This document shows positions 1 through 9,677 of a stretch of DNA of 43,217 nt, in pieces. The stretch spans positions 937,915 to 981,131 of the forward strand of contig NMRA01000110.1 in NCBI GenBank assembly GCA_002633005.1, read 5' to 3'. Source of the DNA: Phoronis australis (Eukaryota > Animalia > Phoronida). A program made the translations under genes and the position numbers. Numbering within the stretch: the stretch's first letter is position 1; every line of letters begins with the position of its first letter. The notes beneath the pieces were generated by a model. It searched no databases, was not told where the DNA came from, and saw only the letters and a program-made list of their open reading frames with translations.

Positions 1-383
1 GGAGGGAGATTCCAAGTCTTTCTTACTCTTGGTCACGTGCCTTAGTGTACATGTAGCTTTTCGAAGACTTAAAAATAGACCATGGCTGAAATTGATGCGC
101 TTACCTGGAATCATGGCGCTTTTCCTTGACGGTGACTGAACACAATTCTCAAAATGAATCGAGCTATAGATCCGAAACAACTGTGATTTTTAGTCCACAT
201 TTGTTTTACAATTCATGTTTTGAATTGGTTTTGGTTAAGTGGGGCAAAGCTAGAGTGTTCGCGTGGCCAAATAATGTAGAGTTATGACGGAGTGGAGTGT
301 TAAAACATCGACAGTCAAGCTCAACGAAAATTTAGCTTCTCTATAAAAACATATTACACATATAAACAACATGCTTATTGAAA

Positions 384-386
<3 letters not shown>

Positions 387-437
<51 letters not shown>
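387..437. repeat. (AT)n microsatellite
   Basis: Uninterrupted AT dinucleotide run; explains the spurious YIYIYI ORF at 250..444. Confidence 0.97.
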
Positions 438-440
<3 letters not shown>

Positions 441-515
441 TCATGCACTTGTCAAATAGAATCGAGACTCCTGGCAGACGATCCTGAGGCTTCTAAAGGA
501 TGGATAGCATGCCTC

Positions 516-828
516 ACACTGTAAACGATGGGCAATTTGCCGTTCGATTTATCCGATGCGCTTTGGGGTTTAGAAAAATTAACCACTCTCATCCGATGTT
601 AAATTGCCTGAATAAGCAGGCAATTCAAGTCACACTCAGTGCCCGAAATTCCTCGATTGTTGCGCAGATCGTCTTGGTATCGGAAGTAGAATTCTACCAT
701 TATAAGGAATACCGCCAGATCGATTCTACTGAGCCAAATGACTACATGTAGCTCGATTTTCTATTTTTGGCTAAAGCATCTGAGCGAAATACAGCTTATT
801 CGAATTCCATTTACGTAGGCCTAAGTGT
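516..828. mobile_element. Possible degenerate CACTA/EnSpm-like MITE
   Basis: Starts ACACTGTAAA. The right end reads TTTAC[GTAGGCCTA]AGTGT, the inverted match interrupted by a short insert. Internal repeated CTCGATT/ATCCGATG motifs. No clear TSD. Confidence 0.3.
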
Positions 829-3574
829 TTGGCGGAGTAATTCAAAATACATGTATATGTATAATTGATTGTAAATATTGGAAACATACATGTATTTTTG
901 GTCATTATGACCGGGGCTACTTCTTTTGACTTGTCAGTTGCTGGCTGCGACTACTGGGCTGGCGTTGATTGTCTACACTGTGCTTGCCCGTGGCGAATGT
1001 CGGATTAGGTGATTGATTGCTGAATAGTCCCCCTTAATCATCCAGAACAGACAATAAAACCTAGTGGAAATAAACTATTTTAAAAAGTCTTCAATCTAGG
1101 ACAATTTGGCTAAAATTGGGACTACCAAACTAAAGCCGGAATTAAATTTTCTCGAATCAGAGAACTATGGTGTGGGCAATTTTTTTGCGCTAGTGCGCGT
1201 GTGTTATGATGCCAGAACATGCAGTTTTCAGGACGCCAGGCGTTACTTTATAACAAACGCCAGTGACGTCACTTACCATTGAACAAACGTATGCTACAAA
1301 AGCATTTTCAGATTCTATCTTAATAATGGATTTCATACTCTGAAGTCAACTGCTAGTGACACCATATGGCCTGTTCACAAACTAAATTACAACCGGTACC
1401 AAGATACATAGGTAGATAGATAACTCTATCAATAAGGAGTAAAATTGTTATAGTATCAACATTACCTACTGTACATTCTGGTTATCTGGAAATAAATTTA
1501 AAAAATAAACACAATTAACATTTAACTGAATTAATTAAACTATAATTATGATGTGTAATTAAGTATAGTACAGACGATACCGTGACAGAGGATAGTGGAG
1601 TGACGGATGATACAAACATTTTTACCAGTTTCAAAATCTTTGATGTTGTGCAACAGAATGTTCCTTTCTCAACAGAATCAACTATAAATGTTTGCTTAAC
1701 AATATACACGTATTGTTTATGCTGTGGCATTACAAAATTAGCAGACACAGCATTTCTAGTCCTAATAACTAGGTTTCGCAAAGCGACGTGAAATGTGAAT
1801 TATCACGCATATAAAATTGCTTGGTGCCGATTCACGTTACGGTAAGAAAAATGGGTTTCGTAACAACTAATTTTTAAGTGAAGGTGAAGTAAACGTGAAC
1901 AGAATAACTGAGCTCAGGGTGTCCACTTATCGTAGGATATACATGTATATCAGCCAGATTACAAACTACTAGCAAATATCTCTGTGAATGGAGCTTCTTT
2001 ATTTTCATTCTCTTAACATCTAACATAAATCAATCAATTCAATTTAGTCAATTTTTTAAGTTAATTTTGCGATGAGATTTAACACTTTGTGTTCTACAGC
2101 TAGCCACCCCTCCCTTTCTTTCTTCTCCATTTCAAACTTTCCCTCTTCCAGTGTTATCTGCTGTCGTACGTTTTACAGAACCTTTGAATTCAACATGTTT
2201 TGTTTAATTGTATTGTTTTTACTGTATTCCATTCTGCTACAGGAATGCAAGATGGGAATATACGTTGAATATGAAAAAGTCATTTATACAAACTCGTGAA
2301 AAAACGGTCAACTCTTATAATGCTTAAGTTATTTGCAGTTTAAGATATATAGATGCATGCAAATTAAGCTAAAACTATTAACAACGAACACAAAGACGTA
2401 TCTGTTAAAAGTCCATCCTATCTCGATGATATCCAGGGAACCGCGGCAGAATAAGGATTTTGGAAAAGGTGCTTTATTGCAAATGAACTTTATGAAATTT
2501 ATAGACAAAGGAATCTTGTTCATCTTATGCGGAAGCAAATCAAACCCTATCAAAATAAAAATCATTTCTATGTCTTACAAAATAAGAATTAAACAGGGCC
2601 ATGTGTTTCGCGTCGAAAGCGACTCTAATCTCTCTGCTTCGCCTAAACTACTCGAACACTATCGGGATCACGTCACAGCCAACAATAGCATGTATGACGC
2701 GGAATTAATTTTGTGTGATAAATCACATTTACGTCCCTTCCAGAGCGACGTGAACGTGAATTACCACGCACTTATCATACCACGTCATACATGCTATTGT
2801 TGGCTGAGACGTAATCCCGATAGTGTTCGAGTATTTTACGCGAATACAGAGATATTAGAGCCAATTTAAACGCGAAACTTGTAGCCCTTTTTAATTCTTA
2901 ATTGATAAGACATCAAAATGATTTTTATGTTGCTTCAGTATAAAATGAACACGATTCCTTTGTCTATAAATCTTCTTAAAAGTTTATTTGCAAGAAAGCA
3001 CCTTTTCAAAATCATCATTCTGCCGGAATTCGCTGGGTATCATAGCACTGGAATGGATTTTAAAAGATATTCATGTCGTTTTTTGTTGTTAAATTTTTAC
3101 ATTCTTGATTCGCATGCATCTATTTATCTTAAACTGAAAACAAATTTCGCATTCTAAGAGATGACCATTTCTCGCAAGGATTCGTAGAAAATATTTATTT
3201 CACGTAAAACAAGTTGCATTGGCAGAGTGACTTTTAATTTTTTTGTAAACTAGCTGACATTTACTAGTGAGGTCTACATTAACTGGATGCCATGAGCTCA
3301 TTTTTTCAGTTCATGTTTACTTTCGCGATCACGTAAACATTTAGTTGTTGCGAAACCCATTTTTTTGTTACTGCAACGTGAATCGGCTCGTAAAATTAAC
3401 CATGCCCAATAATTCACTTTCACGACCGGTTTTGCGTGTTGTATGCCTATTAGTTTCCGGCTTGCCCGTTAGGGGAGGGCTGTGTGGACGACTTTCGTAA
3501 GGTAGCACGCTGGTAAGAGACCTCGTAATCAAATACACTTTTAAGCTATCGGACTTTATCTTTGTAACACAACA

Positions 3575-3585
3575 TGGTGTCAGGA
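3575..3585 (+). other. Primer-binding site complementary to the 3' end of a tRNA-Leu
   Basis: TGGTGTCAGGA immediately follows the LTR-terminal CA; complementary to tRNA-Leu 3' ...UCCUGACACCA. Confidence 0.75.
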
Positions 3586-3634
3586 TTTAGCTGGAACATT
3601 TAAGAACTCATAAACGCGTTAAACTGAGAGAGAA

Positions 3635-4194
3635 ATGGCCACGTTTCAAATAAACCCACCTGAAAACTTGAAATTTAAATCTTCGGAAGATTGGCCAAAA
3701 TGGCGGATTAGACTTGAGCGCTTCCGAGTGGTGTCGGGGCTATCGGAAAAGCCAGAAACTGTGCAGGTCATTGCGTTGATTTATAGTCTGGGGGAAGAGG
3801 CCGAGGATTTGTTCAAAACATTCGATCTAACGGACGACGAAAGAAAGGAGTATGATCGCGTACTGGATTCGTTTGAGCGTTACTTTGTGCCGAAAAGAAA
3901 TGTAATTTTCGAAAGGGCGAAATTTAATGCGCGTAATCAAGCCGAAGGGGAACATGCAGAGATATTTATCACCGAGCTGTACGCGTTATCGGAACATTGT
4001 GAGTTTGGCCAGTTACGCGACAAGATGATCCGGGATCTCATAGTTGTCGGAATTTGCGACAATAAACTGTCCGAAAAATTGCAGTTGGACAGTGAGCTGA
4101 CATTTGAAAATGTATCCGAAAAGTCCGACAAAAGGAGGCTGTTAGAAAACAGCAAACGGTCGTTCGTCCGGTTCCAGACGCAGCAGGCGATGAA
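3635..4194 (+). pseudogene. gag: Truncated Gypsy gag
   Basis: WPKWRIRLERF...YFVPKRNVIFERAKFNARNQ...HCEFG..RDKMIRDLIVVGI...LQLDSELT is typical Mag-clade gag. Apparent frameshift near 4107 (continues KCIRKVRQKEAVRKQQ in another frame); pol absent. Confidence 0.88.
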
Positions 4195-4701
4195 TTACGA
4201 AAGTCGTCCACACAGCCCCCCCTAACGGGCAAATACACTTTTAAGCTATCGGACTTTATCTTTGTAACACAACATTGCGAAACCTCTCTATTGCGAGTAT
4301 CACGGACAAGAGATTGTATTTGAGATACGTAAAATCGGATGTCATGGCTTCAATAACATACGCAGATGCTGAAAACCATACAACTTGTGGCAGATTGCCG
4401 TGAAAAACTGTCTTTCAGCCATCCACTTGTATTCAGCATCAGTCAAGACTCAGACATGTGGGACAGAGACAAAAAATGCAAACAGTATACAAAAAAAAAT
4501 TTAAAAAACCCTGCACAAAGTAATTAGTGCACATGTCCGACTTGCCAAAAAGGGAGATGGATGATAAGATGGGTTAGTTACTTGGAATAATGATTTCCAT
4601 GCAAAAAACCAAATTTGACAATCTGGAATAATTCTGAATGAAATACTTTCCAAGCTCACACCAATAAAGGTTTTGCTTAGAAAATGTTTTAGCAGGATAT
4701 C

Positions 4702-5187
4702 ACCCGTCAACAAATTGTGGAAAACACCCCAATTAGCTACGTGGAGCAAGATGTACTGCGTTTGAAAGTATTAGAGTCGCTTTTAATTGCTTTTGAGAAG
4801 CCTGTTTTGAGTGAGCAGCAAACAGGGTCGAGCCGCACGTTACACCTCTTTGTGTGACTTTCCTGTTACCCCCCTTCATTAGTCATTCTTTGCAATATTT
4901 CACACCCGCTGTGTCTCATTGTTTGTGTCATCAGCTTATATATGTATACGGTGGCATTACTGCGTCACTTTATCTTCACTTGAGAATGAAACAATATGTT
5001 TCGAAATATCGTGTGTCTTTTAATTACACGTATGTCGCTAGGTCATTTACTGTATCTATGTTCAGTTGAGAGTAGAGTTTTGTTCCGAAAGTACGAACAT
5101 AACGGAATAAAGACTGTGAACAATCAAAAGTGTCTTGCGTTTAACAAATTCTGTATAACCGAAAACTTGCTCCCTAAAGGTACAGCC
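4702..5187 (+). mobile_element. Penelope-like retroelement fragment (GIY-YIG end, terminal repeat region, ORF start)
   Basis: 4696-4857 reads ...EQDVLRLKVLESLLIAFEKPVLSEQQTG..TLHLFV* (PLE endonuclease C-terminus). 5032-5178 reads MSLGHLL...FRKYEH...KCLAFNKFCITENLLPK (PLE ORF N-terminus). Flanked by the 11-bp direct repeat AGCAGGATATC (4691-4701, 5188-5198). Confidence 0.75.
4977..5013 (+). ncRNA. Minimal hammerhead-ribozyme-like motif (variant core)
   Basis: CAC-TTGAGAAT-GAAAC(AATAT)GTTTC-GAAA-TA-TC-GTG: 3-bp stem I, 5-bp stem II, GAAA and UC triplet, located between the PLE ORF end and start. Core deviates from CUGANGA. Confidence 0.55.
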
Positions 5188-6854
5188 AGCAGGATATCTC
5201 AGGAAGAAAAAATTATATTAGTATTTTGTGATAAGGTGTGCGTAGACTATATCCAGGCGTCAATCGATTTTGGTTACCTTGACATAATTTTCAAGCATGG
5301 GTGGGCTCGTGGCGTCTGTTTAAAGGTCATAGCAACATAATCATTTCGTTGATCTCCATAGACATGAAAACGAATGTCTCATTTTTGGTGTTGATGGAGA
5401 CATGAACCGTGAGAAACACAAATGTGTACTCTGTATTATTTTAAATATTTTGTCCAGAGACAATGCTTTGCGATTGAAGACAATTTTTAATTTCGTTAAA
5501 ATGTTATTGCCCTACAACTTCACTCATCCTGATTTCTGAGGAAACGGCAATATTTTAGTTGTGGGATTTGGATGACCGTCTTTCCTGGGGAGTGTCCCTA
5601 GGAGGGAAGATTTCTTCACCCTGCTAGCAATGCTTTGAAGTCTCTAGCTGAAAAGTGGGTTTGTTAAAATTATTTGCATCGTCTTGCTTTTTGACTTGGT
5701 TGCGTTTATTTTACAATGAAACTTTCTCAATATTTTTTCAGTACCTATCTTTGTGAAAAATAAATTCACCTTTTGCTAATTTACCAGCAATGGACTGCAT
5801 AATCCATGCCTTTGTGTCAACCTGATTCACCTCAATGCCAAGAGAGCTTTCTGCGCTGCTTGTAATACCATCTGTTGGATGTCAGCAGAAAATTGTAAGT
5901 CGACTTAAAAAAATAGCTTGAACAGTACACGTGTGAATCCAACATGAAAATGTTTAATACACGAAAGGAATCCTCTTGAAGAAAGGGGCTATGACAATAA
6001 ATTGATAGGAATACACTCGAACAACACCATGTCTCTTGCACAGCTGCGTTTAACTTCTCTTGTGGCGCACTTTTATTGTCCATCTTGCAAGCTACTATTA
6101 TTTCTTACCCATTTCATTTAACGCCATCTCTATTCCTCTACTACTCTTGTCCAATTGGTTTCCTTTTCATCTCTAGTAACGAGGTTGTGTCCCACGTGGG
6201 TTTTATCATTGATACATACATGTAGGTCGATCACTAATGGTATTTCGCTAGGTAAATTCATTGCCTTTTGGCAAGTCGGACATGTGCACTAATTACTTTG
6301 TGCAGGGCCATATGAAGCTTTTTCCCGGCCTTATTATTGGTCTTTGTTATCACCGGCTGTGTGTTCGTCAGCAGCACACGTACTGAAGAACTATGCAGTC
6401 CTCTTTGCAACCGAGGGTCTTCTTACGCTCAATCAAGACCTTTCTCGTACCATCTATTGTTCATATTTTGTGTGAATTGTGCAATACTTTCATTTGGAAT
6501 CTGATATCAATACACCCTTTGAGCCGAGTGAAAGCGAATGCTGTTATAATGGTAGGTTAGGAAGACCTTATTTGGTCCTGGTCTGCACCTGCAGTGTGCG
6601 CATCACAAGTGACGCTTGGCAACGTGTTTTACATGTATTGAAACGTTAAATGTATCTTTTTCAAAAACCTCATCATTATGTTTATGTCAATTTTCAATGT
6701 TGCATTTTAAAGTGCTTAAAACCACTGTTTACCTTGTTTTGACAAGTTACTACTTTGTTACAATCGTGGACTTGGTATCCAAAAAAAACAGAAAATAGTA
6801 AAATCGAATTCAACAGAAAGTTTTTTTAGTTCCACGGACATGATTGCGAGGTAT

Positions 6855-7020
6855 GAACGTAGGAAGTGTCTACACGTATGTATCGTATCCACCAACACGC
6901 AAGTTTCTTATAGAAACTTAAGCCACATTCGTACTTCTCTGATGTCCATCGGAAAAGTGAAAAGAACAAGGGCGAAAAGAAGTTCAAAGTTGTCCCAACC
7001 ACCACGAACGTAACGCCACA
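6855..7020 (-). pseudogene. Highly degenerate THAP-domain remnant
   Basis: Minus strand reads ..RYVRGG.. then FTFPMDIREVRMWLKFL*...TCRHF, resembling CYVPGC..FPMD...W...CGKHF of the THAP at 8585. Confidence 0.4.
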
Positions 7021-7592
7021 CAAAGGTGAATGACTAGAGTGTTGCGATTGGTTTTCTCAATTTTACGTATCAGGTATCGACCAATTAATCCGATCCATAC
7101 TCTATATCAGCTAATCAGCATATCGCCATATACACGTAGTGTTTTCAGGTGTTCTATTGCGACACTCGATTGATTGATGGGGTAGATTTATGTTGTTGTG
7201 ACATGAAGTTGGTGATTTTAACACATGTTCAGCAAACGCGCAGACAAACAGTTAATAAATAGCAAAATAGTACACAACTTTATTTTCTGACATGCTTCGA
7301 GGTTCACTTTTTATGAACCCCAATGATGTCAAGGTCAAAGGTACACTGATGCAAGTAAGAGGCCATGCACTTGTGAGATATGATATGTCAGGTAAACAAG
7401 CTTCTATTGTAGACAATAACTTCAAAACTAAGTGAGAACAAGGTGGTGCACTTGCGCACATTCACGGATGGTTTTATCCAAATAATATACAAGGTCTCAT
7501 TAAGTTCAAATCTATAGTCGGTGTTCGCACTGTCCAAGATACTAAAATTGCACACAACGTATTCTGACATGCATTCTGGATGACTACGTAGA

Positions 7593-7968
7593 TGTTTGCA
7601 TATGTTAGAGCCTCTGTGAGACGCATGTTCAGATATGGCGTGTGCTCAGATGTCGACGTGTTTTGCCAACATGACAGTCACCACAGGCTGCACAGTAGAA
7701 TTCGTGCACGAAATGTGAGCATGTAAACAAAAGTAAAAAGTCTTCAGGCTAAGACACACTACTCATCTAAAGCTAGTGAAACCCAAACGAATTTCAAGAT
7801 CAACACACTACACTGTCCCATATGTAGGACAGTTTCCTGAGTTCACACGCTCACACGTTGTGTTTGCTGTGCCGGCTGTGGTGCCTGCTATGTTGGAGGA
7901 AGGCGATGACACTTGAATACACGTACATCTGAACATGTGTCTCACAGACGCTCTAACATATACATACA
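7593..7968. mobile_element. MITE with ~100-bp imperfect TIRs
   Basis: TATGTTAGAGCCTCTGTGAGACGCATGTTCAGAT (7601-7634) pairs with ATCTGAACATGTGTCTCACAGACGCTCTAACATA (7927-7960); a further inverted match links ~7667-7695 and ~7868-7896. Confidence 0.75.
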
Positions 7969-8584
7969 GTGTACACAAAACTTACCGAGAGTGGCGTGCA
8001 TGAAGAAATATCCCACGAGACATTATTCCGCGTATCGACCAAGACCGAAGGTCGAAGTCGATTCGCTCTAAGAATTCCTAAGTTTTTTACATTTTTTCGG
8101 CAGATTTTTCAAATATTTCACCCAGACTGTTCAAATGGCGGCTCACATCCTAGGCCTATACATGTATGTATGTACTTGCGCGTAAAGTTGCAAGTTTTCT
8201 CTTGTAAAAGAAACAATTTTAAAAGTAACGATTTATTTCTTGGAAAGAGGTACAATGTAGCAAAGATGAAAACAACGGCAACTGTGCAGTGAACTTGTAA
8301 CATCTCCTGGAAATAGTTAAAGGCGAAGGCAACCATTTTCCATGTCATTTGAGCTAAAATAAGGTTGGTTGGTTATCCTAGACATATTTTCCACTTAATT
8401 ACAGCTTTTCGTAATTTTATTAATTACTCGTCCGCTACTCCGGAAATGACGTTTTAGGAGGCAAGCATTTGGCGCTAATTTCCTTTCATATAGTCTGACT
8501 GTGAGAGCTGCCCAGTCAGTCATTGTTCTACCTCGGTTGTGTTAAGTTCCGTCGTCGTTTGCTTTCATTTACTAGTCAGTCAAC

Positions 8585-9592
8585 ATGCCACACTGTTGCT
8601 ACGTACCAGGGTGTACTAATTATCGGCTCACGCGCGCCTTGGGAGTACCTTTGCATCGCTTTCCGATGGATGACACAGTTCGCCGTACTTGGCTCGTTCG
8701 TGTGAAGAACGCAGCGTTACCCGTCCACGCAACGTACAAAGCAGTGGAGAATTACCGTGTGTGTGGCAAGCACTTTCTGCCGTCCGATTACGAAAGGGAT
8801 TTGTACGCTGAACTGATGAAGGTCCCCGCGAAACAACGCTTGAAGAAGGATGCCATTCCGTCTGTGTTGATTCCCGGCAGTGCCCCGTCGCCACCCCCGA
8901 GAAGTGCGTTTTTGAAGCGAGAAGCCTCGCGAGCTGTGGCCAGTACAGTGACTGGAGCCAGTGGAGGCACTTCATCTACTGTCACCCGTGCCTCCGAACG
9001 TACCCCAGAGCGTGCAATTCCTGGAACCAGTAGTGATTCGCCCTGTGCTGTTTTCTCCAGCCCAGAGCCTCTAAGCAGCCCTGCAGCGATATTGAGTAGT
9101 GGGAGTGATTACAGGCCCAGTTCGACACCCAGTGAAGAGGACAGTTCGTCGTCCAGTGAACAGATCGGTGAGCCAAACTTTGATAAGTTTATTGTGGACT
9201 TGTCTAAAGTGTTTGAGCTATTTAGAAGGTGCCAGGTGTGTGGCGAGGGAGTCACACGACACGATGTAAGCAGTTTGGGTGCTCAGGTCACCATCCAGTG
9301 GGAGTGTGTCGCGGGACACTCTGGCAAGTGGGACAGTTGTTCCTCTGTCCGTGGTATGCCGGAGGTCCACTTAACCATGTCCAGTAGTGGCTTGGCCTCG
9401 TCGAACTCTGAACAGCACAAGCATTCCATTGAGGTAGGCATAACAACGCACACAGTGCATTTGCACCAAGATGTGTCACCACGTCTGTCCTCAGTAGCCG
9501 CCTCGTTTCTCTCAACAGCTGCCTGTGCCTGTGCGTACTCTGCCTCGTTATACTCGGGCTCAAACATGTACCCACCCACTGAATGTCCGTGA
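8585..9592 (+). CDS. Truncated THAP-domain transposase N-terminus; open frame reading into the antisense of the accessory gene
   Basis: Complete THAP signature (CYVPGC..LHRFP..W..CGKHF..LKKDAIPS), Ser/Pro-rich linker, then CQVC...WECVAGH..W..GMPE zinc-like region. Transposase similarity ends near 9372; no DDE domain. Expression unknown. Confidence 0.75.
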   Translation: MPHCCYVPGCTNYRLTRALGVPLHRFPMDDTVRRTWLVRVKNAALPVHATYKAVENYRVCGKHFLPSDYERDLYAELMKVPAKQRLKKDAIPSVLIPGSAPSPPPRSAFLKREASRAVASTVTGASGGTSSTVTRASERTPERAIPGTSSDSPCAVFSSPEPLSSPAAILSSGSDYRPSSTPSEEDSSSSSEQIGEPNFDKFIVDLSKVFELFRRCQVCGEGVTRHDVSSLGAQVTIQWECVAGHSGKWDSCSSVRGMPEVHLTMSSSGLASSNSEQHKHSIEVGITTHTVHLHQDVSPRLSSVAASFLSTAACACAYSASLYSGSNMYPPTECP

Positions 9593-9677
9593 AAAAATTC
9601 CTCGTCACCACTTCTGTGAACAAGGTCTCCGTCACTCTGATACTGTCACTCTGATACGGGTCACCGACTCCAGCCAT
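9375..9677 (-). pseudogene. 5' part of P2X7 C-terminal 'ballast'-like (KolX-type) accessory gene
   Basis: GYMFEPEY...SWCKCTVC...ECLCCSE Cys cluster. The ATG at 9677 is put out of frame by a 14-bp tandem duplication at 9631-9658; truncated at the deletion junction. Confidence 0.8.

Larger units (their letters stand above)
3437..4274 (+). mobile_element. Internally deleted Gypsy/Ty3 (Mag-like) LTR retrotransposon
   Basis: 5' LTR 3437-3574 (TGTTGT...ACAACA); PBS TGGTGTCAGGA at 3575; gag ORF; 3' LTR remnant 4230-4274 identical to the end of the 5' LTR; 5-bp TSD TTGCG at 3432-3436 and 4275-4279. Confidence 0.92.
1771..4285. mobile_element. Long-armed foldback (non-autonomous TIR DNA transposon) interrupted by an LTR element
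   Basis: 1771-1960 is an inverted match to ~3240-3436 plus 4280-4285 (AGGTTTCGCAAA ... TTTGCG[LTR]AAACCT). ~2270-2567 is an inverted match to ~2914-3205; the ORF track shows mirrored peptides MNKIPLSINFIK (-) and MNTIPLSINLLK (+). Superfamily unresolved. Confidence 0.8.
4509..6307. mobile_element. Non-autonomous DNA transposon with perfect 42-bp TIRs
   Basis: CCCTGCACAAAGTAATTAGTGCACATGTCCGACTTGCCAAAA at 4509-4550 and its exact reverse complement at 6266-6307; no TSD recognised. Confidence 0.85.

Noticed and set aside
2333-3157. 178-aa and neighbouring ORFs with mutually similar peptides
   Set aside because: The similarity comes from the inverted arms of a foldback element; no domain recognised.
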